DNA of 61,470 nucleotides from Thermoanaerobaculia bacterium (GCA_046590585.1 JBKJVD010000090.1:1-61470); one strand, 5' to 3'; positions 46,309 to 58,193 are shown, counted from the stretch's first letter. Program-made: numbers and translations. Notes: generated by a model not told the origin, from the sequence alone.

Positions 46309-47089
46309 TCGACCTCCGCTTCTCGATTCCTTTGAGACTCGCCGCCAGGACCTTGTCGAGGCTTGTATCGTCCACCTTCTTCGGGCGGAACTTCGTCACC
46401 TTCGGCTTCCGGCCGGCCGCCTTCGTCTCGACGAGTTCGAGAACCCGGGCGCGGTAGTCGTCGCGGTAGTCGGCCGGGTTGAAACGGTCGGTCAGCGCCT
46501 CAACGAGTTGCGTGCCCATCGCGATCTCACGCTTCTCGAGAGCGCGTCCGCCCGGTGCAGGGAGCGCTCCCGCGTCGATCACCTCCTCGGCGTGGCGGAG
46601 GGTGATGAGCACCAGGTAGCCGTCCTCGCTCCGGAGCGCGCCGATATAGCGCTTGCCGCGCATCACCCACTTCGCCACTCCCTCTTTCTTCTGCCGTTCC
46701 AGCGCTGTCGCCAGTGCAAAGTACGCGGGCGTACTGCCATCCGGGCCGAGGAAGTAGGCGCGTTCGTACCAGCGATGATCGATTTCATCAGGATCGACGA
46801 AACGGGTCAGTTCGATGTCGCGCGATGGAGGCGGCTCGAGTTCCTGCAGATCCTCTTCCTCGAAAATCACCGCCGCGCTCTTCGTCAGCGGATATGCCTT
46901 CCGAATCGCTTCGGAAGGAACGACCTCCTCAGTTTCGGGGTCGACCATCTGCTGCTTGACCGGAGCCAGATCCTTCTCGTGCAGCAGCCGGAAGTGGATC
47001 GAACGGTCCTGCACCGCGGAGTACAACTTGATCGGCACATCCGCCGATCCGATCTTCACTACCCCTTTCCAGATCGCACGGGCCGCCAC
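46301..47089 (-). CDS. ku: Ku protein, second paralogue (no long basic tail)
   Basis: ORF 46301..47140(-), trimmed to the GTG at 47089 after AAGGAG. ARAIWKGVVKIGSADVPIKLYSAV, YERAYFLGPDG. It overlaps the downstream ku start by 8 nt. Confidence 0.88.
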   Translation of the reverse strand: MAARAIWKGVVKIGSADVPIKLYSAVQDRSIHFRLLHEKDLAPVKQQMVDPETEEVVPSEAIRKAYPLTKSAAVIFEEEDLQELEPPPSRDIELTRFVDPDEIDHRWYERAYFLGPDGSTPAYFALATALERQKKEGVAKWVMRGKRYIGALRSEDGYLVLITLRHAEEVIDAGALPAPGGRALEKREIAMGTQLVEALTDRFNPADYRDDYRARVLELVETKAAGRKPKVTKFRPKKVDDTSLDKVLAASLKGIEKRRSSG

Positions 47090-47289
47090 GGCACTCTCCT
47101 TTTCTTCGGCTTCGCCTCGCCATCGCCGCAAGGAACACATCGAAGCTCACCGTCCGCGTGTTCGACGCAGGTCAGGCAAACCTCGCGGTCGCAGGTCGCG
47201 CAGCGCGCTCCACCTCGATGCGCGAAGTGATGACCACACGCTCCGCACTTTTCTTCGCGTCCGGAAAGCCACCACGGAATCAATCTCAC
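47059..47289 (-). CDS. Candidate small zinc-ribbon protein (4 x CxxC) upstream of, and overlapping, the ku pair
   Basis: The tail of ORF 47059..47703(-), read from the GTG at 47289, gives VRLIPWWLSGREEKCGACGHHFAHRGGARCATCDREVCLTCVEHADGELRCVPCGDGEAKPKK.... That is four CxxC pairs in about 45 aa. GC3 is lower than in neighbouring genes and the start is uncertain. Confidence 0.45.
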   Translation of the reverse strand: MRLIPWWLSGREEKCGACGHHFAHRGGARCATCDREVCLTCVEHADGELRCVPCGDGEAKPKKRRVPWRPVRSGKG

Positions 47290-47322
47290 GCCAGGGAAGG
47301 GTGCAGGGCGTGTGCCTGTGAG

Positions 47323-47506
47323 GCTGGCTGTTGGCTTTGGGCTGTTGGCTGTTGGGAAAGGCGGTGTTGCAGCTCTTGGCTGTTGGCTTTGGGCTGTTGG
47401 GAAAGGCGGAAGGCTCGCCTGAAAACGGACGCGGAATCGCCGGCACAGCTGAAGAATTACCCGCATTCCGCTTTTCCCAAGACCCAACAGCCAAAAGCCA
47501 ACAGCC
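47323..47506. repeat. GCTGTTGG-family palindromic (MITE-like) element
   Basis: GCTGGCTGTTGGCTTTGGGCTGTTGGCTGTTGGGAAAGGCGG (duplicated) ... CCGCTTTTCCCAAGACCCAACAGCCAAAAGCCAACAGCC. The arms are inverted repeats. Confidence 0.8.
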
Positions 47507-47849
47507 TTCGGCGCGGGGCTGCCTGAAACGCGAAACGCGCTGGTGAGCGCCAGCGCGTTTCTACGAGGAGGAGTTAGATGAAGTCCTGTCGTTCTGTGCG
47601 GCTCCCGCGCATCCCGACTACTTTCTAATACGCACGAGCCGAGCCGAAGTTCTCCAGGGCGTGGCGATAAACTGAATGCGGGAGCCCGCCAGGCGACACC
47701 CACCGCCCTCGGTCCTCCTCACGGCGTCATCGCATCAAAAGTTATTTGAGCTTTGCGGACACAGCCGTAATTGGGGTAGAGTCCGCCGGTCGGTGCGAAT
47801 CGACGGCCTCGGCAGGCGCCTTCCGGCGCTTCCCCGGCACCCTGAACTG

Positions 47850-48452
47850 ATGACGCGGGAGCAATCAAACGCGCGTGGGTGGGACGGGCGAGCAGGCGAA
47901 GAAAAGACCGGTGGCTCCGCAAAGCGCGGATCTTTCTCGATTCTTCTCATCGCTGCACTCGCCGGCTCACTTTCGCTTTCCGCCCGGGCGGCTGAACCGG
48001 CCCCCGCGCCAGAAGCCGCTTCGTGCCCTGCCGAAGATGGCGCGTGGAAGCCGAATCCGGTCAACGTCGCCCTCCGCTACCTCGGAGTGAAGTACCGTTT
48101 CGGTGGCAGTTCCTTCAAGGGGATCGACTGCTCCGGTCTGGTCCGGCTCGTCTTCCGCGAACTGGGAGTCGTGGTTCCGCCGCAATCGACGAATCAGTTC
48201 AAGGAGGGAGAAGAGGTCGCTCGCGAACATCTCCTCCCTGGCGACCTGATCTTCTTCAAGAACACCTACCGCAAGGGGATCTCGCACGTGGCCATCTACA
48301 TCGGTGGCTCCCGCTTCATCCACGCTTCCCGCAACGGCGTCGCGATCTCCAGCCTCTCGGAGGAGTACTACGCGGCCCGCTTCGCAGGAGCCCGGCGTGT
48401 CGTCAGGAACGACGATGCCGTGGAAATCCTGAAGGCGTCGATTCTCGAGTAG
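47850..48452 (+). CDS. NlpC/P60 (C40) family peptidoglycan endopeptidase, secreted
   Basis: ORF 47676..48452, trimmed to the ATG at 47850. Signal segment FSILLIAALAGSLSLSARA. YRFGGSSFKGIDCSGLV (catalytic Cys), GDLIFF, ISHVAIYIG. Confidence 0.85.
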   Translation: MTREQSNARGWDGRAGEEKTGGSAKRGSFSILLIAALAGSLSLSARAAEPAPAPEAASCPAEDGAWKPNPVNVALRYLGVKYRFGGSSFKGIDCSGLVRLVFRELGVVVPPQSTNQFKEGEEVAREHLLPGDLIFFKNTYRKGISHVAIYIGGSRFIHASRNGVAISSLSEEYYAARFAGARRVVRNDDAVEILKASILE

Positions 48453-48479
48453 CAGCACCCGCCGGGCAGTTCCACACCC

Positions 48480-49292
48480 TCAACGTCGCCGGATCCGACT
48501 CGAGAAATCGGGTGCATCCTCGGCTCCCCTGGCCAGATCGCTGATGTAGTACCTCTTCCGCAACTCTTCGAGCGGCACCGACGTGTCGATCAGGCCAAGC
48601 GTGTAGGCGAGCCGATCGGAGTAGCCCGGCAGGAGGACCGCCGGATGGAACGGAACGCGACCTCCCGAGATCGTGTTGACGTGCCGGACGATGTTGGTCG
48701 TGCACGTGTTGGTGGCGGTGTTGTAGAACTCAGGCTCGACGCGCAGCTTGTTCGCCCGGGTGAGCATGTCGATGAACATCTGCCGCGCTGCGACCCTGGT
48801 CGTCCGGACCGGGTAGAGGTAGACGTCATGCCTGCGATGATTCGCGCGCAGTCCGATCAGGTCGCGCTCATCACCGACGACGTAGGCGAGTTCGTACTGA
48901 CGCAGCAATCCCTTCAAGGGTGAGTACGACTCCCCTTTCTCCTTCCGGATTTCCACCGACACTCCCACGTACCCGCCATTGGAGAACCCGAAGCTGACGA
49001 ACGTATGCGCCGCGCCGGCGAATCCGCTGAACGGTTCGACCACGAACCAGACTGAATCGAGCTGTCGGAGGTCATAGGTCCGATCGTCGTAGCGGGGAGT
49101 GAAGTCACTTTCGGAGCGGTAGTCGAAGTTCCTGACGTTGTGGACCGTCACAAGGGGTCCGCGGAACTCCGCGGCCGGCAGCAACCTCTGGTCGCCAGTC
49201 CAGTCGCGGTCGAGCGACGGCTGCTGCATCGCACACGCGCCCGCGCCGACGAGAGCGATAGCGACGATTGCGAAAACGATCCGGCGCAGCAT
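48480..49292 (-). CDS. DUF4105 domain-containing lipoprotein
   Basis: ORF 48480..49292(-). Lipobox-like ALVGAGAC. AHTFVSFGF, YELAYVVGDERDLIGLRAN.R..DVYLYP, FYNTATNTCTTNIV. Confidence 0.8.
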   Translation of the reverse strand: MLRRIVFAIVAIALVGAGACAMQQPSLDRDWTGDQRLLPAAEFRGPLVTVHNVRNFDYRSESDFTPRYDDRTYDLRQLDSVWFVVEPFSGFAGAAHTFVSFGFSNGGYVGVSVEIRKEKGESYSPLKGLLRQYELAYVVGDERDLIGLRANHRRHDVYLYPVRTTRVAARQMFIDMLTRANKLRVEPEFYNTATNTCTTNIVRHVNTISGGRVPFHPAVLLPGYSDRLAYTLGLIDTSVPLEELRKRYYISDLARGAEDAPDFSSRIRRR

Positions 49293-49424
49293 CGCCTGAT
49301 GTTAGCTCCCAGATCGCCAGCGTGTCACGGGGGGAAGGAACGGATTTCACGACGACGCGGCGAGTGGTCTTCGCCGGCACACTTGACATCCGCCCGATCG
49401 CGCGCTCATCATTCCCGCCGCCGA

Positions 49425-49493
49425 ATGAGAGTTCTCATCTCCACCTGTTGCATGTGTCGAAACTCACGAATGTGTCAGTCGCGAATGCGCTGA
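49425..49493 (+). CDS. Candidate leader peptide MRVLISTCCMCRNSRMCQSRMR (22 aa; 4 Cys, 4 Met)
   Basis: An ATG..TGA micro-ORF read directly from the sequence. It is the tail of track ORF 49140..49493. No obvious SD is present; it may be near-leaderless if the TTGACA promoter is real. Confidence 0.35.
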   Translation: MRVLISTCCMCRNSRMCQSRMR

Positions 49494-49648
49494 CGCGGGT
49501 GTAGCGGCACAACTTCCGACTTCACCCGCGGCACATGCCGAGGCGGTGGAGCCGGTCCCAGAACCAGATTTCCAATCCTCACCTGACGAACGAGATCCCG
49601 TGGCGATGCTTCGCCGCGCGTCAACGTCGTTTCTCGTGAGCCTTTTGA

Positions 49649-52107
<2,459 letters not shown>

Positions 52108-52134
52108 AGACCGCCCAGGGGCGAGTGGAGAATC

Positions 52135-53268
52135 GTGATGACCATCAATAGCACCTCAACAGAACGCGCAACCACCTACCTGATCGTCGCAGGAGCTCGC
52201 GGACGGGTCGGATCGGCATTCCGTCAACAACTGGCCCAGTTGAACCGTGAGGACATCGAGTTCCGTCTGCTCGTCGAAGCAAATCGCACCACGACGACGG
52301 TTTACCTGGACGGAGGCCCCACTGAGTTTCCAACCGACTGGAGCTTCACTCTCTCACTGCTTCGCGATCGTGAAGCAGTGGCCGATCGCACCGTGTTCGT
52401 CGACTGCACGTCAAGCGAGGAGGTGGCATCGCTCTATCCCGCATTGATGCGCGCGCGGATCAGTATCGTCACTCCGAACAAACTCGCCAGCTCGGGTCCG
52501 TTACTTCGCTTTCTCGAGCTGAAAGACCTTGCACGGACTCATGGCGTTGCGTTCCTGCACGAGACGACGGTCGGGGCGGCGCTGCCGCTGCTTCGTCCGA
52601 TCGCCGACCTGATCGCCACCGGCGACCGGATCCGCAACATCGAAGGCGTGCTCTCCGGCACGCTTTCTTTCATCCTCACGCGCGTCCATTCAGGGCAGGC
52701 GTTCAGCGAGGCGGTGCGGGAGGCGTTCGCCCGCGGGCTCACCGAGCCCGATCCGACCATCGACCTCTCGGGCGCAGATGTCGGCAGGAAACTCCTGATC
52801 CTGCTGCGCGAGGCGGGGCATGCCTGGTTCGAAAGTGCGGTGGAGGTCGAACCGCTGATTCCGGCGGAAACCCGTTGGGATGGCTCGATTGACGCCCTCG
52901 TCGACTCACTGCGTGGTCACGACGACCTCTGGAGACATCGCGCCGCCGATTCTGCTTCGCGAAAACGAAGGCTGGTGTACGCGGCGACCTTCGACGGACT
53001 CACCGCTCGCGCCGCCGTCGTCGCAATCCCCGAAGATCATCCACTGGCGCGCGCCCGCGCCGGTGAGAACGTCATCGTCATTCACAGTGAACGCTATGCG
53101 AACGTTCCGCTGACGATCGCCGGTCCCGGCGCAGGCCCCGAGGTGACGGCGAGTGGCGTGCTTGCGGAAGTGCTGCAGGCCGCAGGCGCATGCAGCCGTG
53201 GGGTCGGCGGCTCCGCTCCGAGGGTTCCTGTCGTGATGCTGGGTTGCGAGGCAAATCATGTCCGCTGA
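52135..53268 (+). CDS. hom: Homoserine dehydrogenase (ThrA/MetL C-terminal-domain type)
   Basis: ORF 52135..53268. IVTPNK, ETTVGAALPLLRPI, IEGVLSGTLSFIL, GLTEPDPTIDLSGADVGRKLLIL, AGPGAGPEVTASGVLAEV. Confidence 0.78.
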   Translation: MMTINSTSTERATTYLIVAGARGRVGSAFRQQLAQLNREDIEFRLLVEANRTTTTVYLDGGPTEFPTDWSFTLSLLRDREAVADRTVFVDCTSSEEVASLYPALMRARISIVTPNKLASSGPLLRFLELKDLARTHGVAFLHETTVGAALPLLRPIADLIATGDRIRNIEGVLSGTLSFILTRVHSGQAFSEAVREAFARGLTEPDPTIDLSGADVGRKLLILLREAGHAWFESAVEVEPLIPAETRWDGSIDALVDSLRGHDDLWRHRAADSASRKRRLVYAATFDGLTARAAVVAIPEDHPLARARAGENVIVIHSERYANVPLTIAGPGAGPEVTASGVLAEVLQAAGACSRGVGGSAPRVPVVMLGCEANHVR

Positions 53269-53324
53269 GCGGCTGCGTGAAACCGGAACGGGTCGGGCGC
53301 GTAATGCCTTGCGAGGGAGCATTC

Positions 53325-54218
53325 ATGCTGTCGATTTCCGGCCTGACGAAAACGTATCGCAATGGGGTCAGAGCGCTCGATGGAGTGACCATGGAAATCG
53401 AACGCGGACTCTTCGGACTTCTAGGTCCGAACGGTGCGGGCAAATCGACCCTGATGAGGACGATTGCCACGCTTCAGCCGGCCGACGGGGGACGTATCTC
53501 TTTCGATGGCCGGGACGTGCTTGCCGATCCGCGCCGGTTGAGAAGGCAGCTCGGCTACCTCCCGCAGGACTTCGGGGTCTACCCGAAAATCCCCGCCGCT
53601 GAACTGCTCGATCACATCGCCGTACTCAAAGGCATCACCGGTCGCAGCCAAAGACGCGACCAGGTCGACTCGCTGCTCCAGCTCACGAATCTTCACGATG
53701 CGCGGTCGCGCGCGGTCAGCACGTTTTCCGGCGGCATGAAGCAGCGCTTCGGGATCGCCCAGGCACTGCTAGGCGATCCCCGCATCATCATCGTCGACGA
53801 GCCGACCGCCGGTCTCGATCCGGAAGAGCGCAACCGCTTTCACAACCTCCTCAGTGAGATCGGGGAGAACGTGGTGGTGATCCTCTCCACCCATATCGTG
53901 GCCGACGTGCGCGAACTCTGTTCGCGGATGGCCGTGCTTGCAGACGGCCAGGTACTTCTCCAGGGCCGCCCGGCCGATCTCGTCGCAGCACTGCAGGGGC
54001 GGATCTGGCAGAAGACCGTCGGTAAGGGCGAGGTCGCGGCCTACCGTTCGTCGATGCGACTTCTCTCGACACAACTCTTCGAAGGAAAGACGCAGATCCA
54101 CGTGATCGCTGACGTCCGCCCTGACCCGACGTTCAATGCGGTCGACGCTGACCTCGAGGATGTCTACTTCGCGGCGCTCACCGCCCGCACCGGCGCGGGG
54201 ACGGTTGCTGCGTGCTGA
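53325..54218 (+). CDS. ABC transporter ATP-binding protein (ABC-2 type)
   Basis: ORF 53190..54218, trimmed to the ATG at 53325 after GAGGGAG. Walker A GPNGAGKST; signature FSGGMKQRF; Walker B IIIVDEPTAGLD. Confidence 0.9.
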   Translation: MLSISGLTKTYRNGVRALDGVTMEIERGLFGLLGPNGAGKSTLMRTIATLQPADGGRISFDGRDVLADPRRLRRQLGYLPQDFGVYPKIPAAELLDHIAVLKGITGRSQRRDQVDSLLQLTNLHDARSRAVSTFSGGMKQRFGIAQALLGDPRIIIVDEPTAGLDPEERNRFHNLLSEIGENVVVILSTHIVADVRELCSRMAVLADGQVLLQGRPADLVAALQGRIWQKTVGKGEVAAYRSSMRLLSTQLFEGKTQIHVIADVRPDPTFNAVDADLEDVYFAALTARTGAGTVAAC

Positions 54219-57200
54219 TCGACCTGCTCCGGTTCGAGTGGCGTTACCACACGCGCCAGGTCACGTTTCCAGCAGCCGCCGTTCTGTTTTTCCTGTTCGG
54301 CTTCGGAGTGACCTCGACCGGATTCGGTCCGGACAACGTTCACATCAACTCACCGTACAGCATCGTGCAGTCGGTCGGCGTGCTCTCGCTTCCAGCCGTC
54401 TTCATCCTCGCTCTCTTCTGCACCAGCGCCATCGTTCGCGACCGCGAGCATCGGATGGAAGAGGTCGTGTTCGGAACGGCCGTGCAGAAGTTTCAGCTGC
54501 TGCTGGGCCGCTTCGGCGGATCGTTTCTCGCAGCGTTCACCGCCTTCAGCGCATCGATCCTCGGGATGATCTCCGCCGTGCACGTGCCGTGGCACGAGGC
54601 GCAACGCATCGGCGCGTTTCACCCGACGCATTACCTGTTCGCGCTTCTGGCCATTGCCCTGCCGAATCTGATCCTGGGCGGGGTGCTGCTGTTCGGCATC
54701 GCCGCGCTCACGCGCAGTTCGCTCGCCAGCTATACCGGCGCCGTGTTCATTTACGTGCTGTACCTCGTGTCCGCGGCATTCACGAATTCTCCTCTGATGG
54801 CCGCGTCGACCACCACGGCGCGGCACGGCGCATCGCTCTCGGCACTGCTCGACCCGTTCGCGCTCTCCGCCTTCTTCGAGCAGACGCAGTACTGGAGCGC
54901 AGCACGACGCGATCGCGAAATCGTCTCGCTGACCGGAACGCTCCTGCAGAACCGCTTGCTCTGGATCGGAATCGCCGCGACGATCTTCGGACTCACGTAT
55001 CGCTTCTTCACGTTCGGCCTGCTCGCCGAGGGAGCGAAGAAAAGCACGCAGTCTCGCGCTGCTCAAGTCGCGCGCAGCGTCACCTACGCAGCCGTCACGC
55101 CGGCCTCGGGAATCGGAACTGAAATGGCAAGCTGTCTTTCAGCATTGCGCATTGAAGTCCGGGCCTTGCTCAGCGTTCCGTTCGCGGCAGTCGTCCTTCT
55201 CTGGACCGGGCTGGCATATTCAGAAATGCTCTCGACGCTTTCCGGTCGCGAGTACGGCTCCTCGGTGATCCCGCTTACGGGCCTCGCGCTCGGAGCGATC
55301 GATCGTCCCTTTCATCTGCTCACCCTGATCGTGCTGATCTACTACTGCGGCGAGATCGTCTGGCGTGAACGTCTCGTTCGCTTTGCCGACGTGGCGAACG
55401 CAACCCCTGCATCTAACTTCTCGCTGATGCTCGCGCGCTGGCTGGCTCTGGTGGCAATCGTCGCGGCATTCATCGCTGCCACCATTGCGACCGCGCTCCT
55501 CTTCCAGGTAACTCATGGTTTCTTCGAGTTCGACGTCCGCTCCATGGTGCGGTTCGCGTACTTTGATGGATTGCCGCTGGTTCTTTTCGCGGCGCTCACG
55601 CTGCTGGTCCAGGTGGCCTGCGGCAACAAGTACGCCGGGATGCTCGTCTCTCTCCTCGCCGGCATCCTCATCACGAGGGGGGAGTCACTTCACCTCGACC
55701 ACCACCTGCTCCGCTTCGGCACCGCACCCGCGACAGCGTTTTCCTTCATGGGCGGGACGATCGGCTCCGCCGCATTTCACTGGTACTCACTGCTCTGGAT
55801 CGCTGTCGCGGCGCTGATGCTCGCCATCACCGGAGCCCTCTGGCGCCGGCCTGCAGGGGAACGACTCCTGCGCACGATGGGCGCGGAGGTTCGCGGCTCA
55901 TCCGCAGGAGCCCGCGTCTCGGTTGCGACCCTGGTCGTCGTCATCGCGGGAGCGGCCAGCTTCATTGCGTGGAACACCACGGTCAGGAACGAGTTCGTCA
56001 CCCAAGCCTCGATAACGCGGTGGAAAGCCAGCTACGAACGGCAGTACCGGACTCTCGCCTCGCTCCCTCAACCACGGATCACCAGGATCCTCGCCACGGT
56101 GGACCTCGAGCCGGAGCGAGGCAGCTATCGCGTCCGTGGACGCTACACACTTCTCAACACGACCAACGCTCCGATCGGGCAACTCATCGTCGTCAACCGG
56201 CGCGAGGCGAGGGACGTTCGCATGACAGTCGCCGGCGCACGACTGAACGCTTCGGACCCCCGATTCGGACAGCGTGCCTTCCGCTTCGAGCCACCTCTCC
56301 TGCCCGGCCGCGATGCATCACTCGAGTTCGATCTCGCCTTCCCGTCCAACGGGTTCAACGATGACGGCCCGGAGACGTCAGTAGTTCCGAACGGATCGGT
56401 GCTGATGAACTTCCGCGCTCTGCCGAGCATCGGCTACCGGACGAGCTACGAGATCTCCGACCCGGACGAACGACGCAGGCAGGGACTGACGCGCCTCCAG
56501 CCATCCACTGAAAGCGAGCTGACTCCCGCCGACTCGGGCAACAGCGAGGAGTGGGTCCAGCTCGACCTGACCGTGTCGACGACGCCGGACCAGGTCGTGG
56601 TCGCGCCGGGCAGGATGGAGCGCAGCTGGAACAGCAAGGGCCGCAGGTACTTTCATTTCACCAGCGACAAGGCAATCCGCAACTCCTTTTCGATCCTGTC
56701 TTCCCGCTACGTCATGCAGTCAGACCGAATCAACGGCACCACCATCGAGACCTACTACGATCCTCGTCACGCTGACAATGTTCCGCGCATCCGCCGCGCC
56801 GCATCCCATTCTCTCGAGCAGTTCAGCCGCCGCTTCGGCGCTTATCCCTACTCCACACTCCGTCTGGCCGCGGTGCCGATGTACTGGTCGTTCGGCGGCT
56901 TCGCGCAGCCCGGTGAGGTTCTGCTCAACGAAGAGCGAGTCATGCTCGTCGGGAAGCCGGGGCCGTCGACGCTCGACCTGGTGACGCGGCGCGTCGCACA
57001 CGAGGTCGCGCATCAGTGGTGGGGTCACAACGTCGTCGCCGCCAACCTCCCCGGGGCGTCGATGCTTACGGAGACTCTCACCAAAGACTCCGAGCTCTTG
57101 ATCATCCGGCAACTCTCCGGGCCGGGACACGTGCGCGCCGCGCTGCGGTTCGAACTCGACCGCTACCTGCGCGAGCGTGTCGGTGCGCGACGCGAGCCAT

Positions 57201-57775
57201 CGCTCATGAATTCAGGGGATGAACCATTCCTCTACTACCGGAAGGGGGCAATCGTCATGAACGCGATTCGCGATCTTCTCGGCGATGACGCCATGGATCT
57301 TGCCCTTCGCCGCTTCGTGGCGGCCCAGGGCGGTCCCGGCCATCAGCCCACAACCTCGGATCTTCTCGGCCAGTTGGCACAAGGAGCCACTCCGAAACAG
57401 CAGGCCCTCATCATCGACTTGATGACGACCGTTTCGCTCTATGACTACAAACTCAAATCGGCCAGGGCCTCAAAACGCGCAGACGGACGATTCGACGTGC
57501 GTCTCGTCATCTCAGCCGAGAAAACGACGACCGCTCCTGATGGCCGCGAGTCGGCCGTCCCATTCAGGGACGACGTCGCGATCGGCCTCTTCACCGGCGA
57601 AATCGATGATCCGGCGCAGAAACACGTCGCTCTCCACCTCGAGCGCCACCCCCTGCGAAACGGCGACAACCAGATCGCGATCGTCGTCAATCAAAAGCCG
57701 CGCATCGCCGCGATCGACCCCTACATCACCCGCATCGACACGAACCCGGAAAACAACAACCTGCGGATCGAGTGA
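54212..57775 (+). CDS. ABC-2-type permease fused to an M1-family (aminopeptidase N-like) zinc metallopeptidase domain
   Basis: ORF 54212..57775; the GTG overlaps the ATPase stop. The N-terminal ~550 aa contain more than 10 hydrophobic segments. The C-terminal domain has HEVAHQWWGHNV and a downstream E (LTETLTKDSE), i.e. HExxH-x18-E. Confidence 0.85.
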   Translation: MLIDLLRFEWRYHTRQVTFPAAAVLFFLFGFGVTSTGFGPDNVHINSPYSIVQSVGVLSLPAVFILALFCTSAIVRDREHRMEEVVFGTAVQKFQLLLGRFGGSFLAAFTAFSASILGMISAVHVPWHEAQRIGAFHPTHYLFALLAIALPNLILGGVLLFGIAALTRSSLASYTGAVFIYVLYLVSAAFTNSPLMAASTTTARHGASLSALLDPFALSAFFEQTQYWSAARRDREIVSLTGTLLQNRLLWIGIAATIFGLTYRFFTFGLLAEGAKKSTQSRAAQVARSVTYAAVTPASGIGTEMASCLSALRIEVRALLSVPFAAVVLLWTGLAYSEMLSTLSGREYGSSVIPLTGLALGAIDRPFHLLTLIVLIYYCGEIVWRERLVRFADVANATPASNFSLMLARWLALVAIVAAFIAATIATALLFQVTHGFFEFDVRSMVRFAYFDGLPLVLFAALTLLVQVACGNKYAGMLVSLLAGILITRGESLHLDHHLLRFGTAPATAFSFMGGTIGSAAFHWYSLLWIAVAALMLAITGALWRRPAGERLLRTMGAEVRGSSAGARVSVATLVVVIAGAASFIAWNTTVRNEFVTQASITRWKASYERQYRTLASLPQPRITRILATVDLEPERGSYRVRGRYTLLNTTNAPIGQLIVVNRREARDVRMTVAGARLNASDPRFGQRAFRFEPPLLPGRDASLEFDLAFPSNGFNDDGPETSVVPNGSVLMNFRALPSIGYRTSYEISDPDERRRQGLTRLQPSTESELTPADSGNSEEWVQLDLTVSTTPDQVVVAPGRMERSWNSKGRRYFHFTSDKAIRNSFSILSSRYVMQSDRINGTTIETYYDPRHADNVPRIRRAASHSLEQFSRRFGAYPYSTLRLAAVPMYWSFGGFAQPGEVLLNEERVMLVGKPGPSTLDLVTRRVAHEVAHQWWGHNVVAANLPGASMLTETLTKDSELLIIRQLSGPGHVRAALRFELDRYLRERVGARREPSLMNSGDEPFLYYRKGAIVMNAIRDLLGDDAMDLALRRFVAAQGGPGHQPTTSDLLGQLAQGATPKQQALIIDLMTTVSLYDYKLKSARASKRADGRFDVRLVISAEKTTTAPDGRESAVPFRDDVAIGLFTGEIDDPAQKHVALHLERHPLRNGDNQIAIVVNQKPRIAAIDPYITRIDTNPENNNLRIE

Positions 57776-57784
57776 CATGGGCTG

Positions 57785-58075
57785 AAGCGAGGATGACAAT
57801 TGAGCGGTTCGAGCGGGCTCGTGCCACGTCATCCTGAGTCGGCGGAGCTGCAGCCGCGCGGAGCGCGGCCGCAGCGGAGCGCGGCGAAGGAACTCAACAT
57901 ACGAGAATCGGAAACAACGGAGCGAGCGGGTGGCGCAAAAGAACAGCGCCGTATCTTGAGTTGCTTCGCCGCGCTCCGCCGGCTCAGCATGACGTGCTTG
58001 GGCGGGGCGACCCCGAGACCAGTTTCTTAACCCCGTGGCCGCGAGCCCGCGATCAAATCGCTCAGGATGACAGCC
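57785..58075. repeat. Cluster of GTCATCCTGAG-box hairpin repeats
   Basis: CGTCATCCTGAGTCGGCGGAGC...GCGCGGCGAAGGAACTCAA pairs with TTGAGTTGCTTCGCCGCGCTCCGCCGGCTCAGCATGACG. Further boxes are GAGGATGAC (about 57789) and GCTCAGGATGAC (about 58060). Confidence 0.7.
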
Positions 58076-58157
58076 GTGGTGAGTCGCAAAACCCGCGTAA
58101 ATACTGTGAGCTTCTCAGAAGCCCGCGGAGTGCGCACTCAAACTCCGCTGCCTCGCA

Positions 58158-58190
58158 ATTCAACATTCAACATTCAGCATTCAACATTCC
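58158..58190. repeat. Heptamer tandem repeat (AACATTC)n abutting a stop codon
   Basis: ATTCAACATTCAACATTCAGCATTCAACATTCC, 3 nt from the TGA (58194-58196, minus strand) of the DUF2911 gene. Confidence 0.8.
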
Positions 58191-58193
58191 TCA

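Noticed and set aside
37598-47289. Treating the helicase-nuclease cassette, RAYT and the Ku genes together as a mobile genomic or defence island.
   Set aside because: Housekeeping genes (rlmN, GNAT) interrupt the region. No integrase or intact transposase, tRNA or direct-repeat borders are present, and no obvious compositional shift is visible by eye. The elements are therefore kept as separate observations.
47578-47628. A 16-codon micro-ORF (MKSCRSVRLPRIPTTF) with a strong AGGAGGAG Shine-Dalgarno, in the gap before the NlpC/P60 gene.
   Set aside because: It is too short to evaluate and has no recognisable motif. It sits just after a 12-bp hairpin (GAAACGCGCTGG/CCAGCGCGTTTC). I note it only as something ribosome profiling could test.
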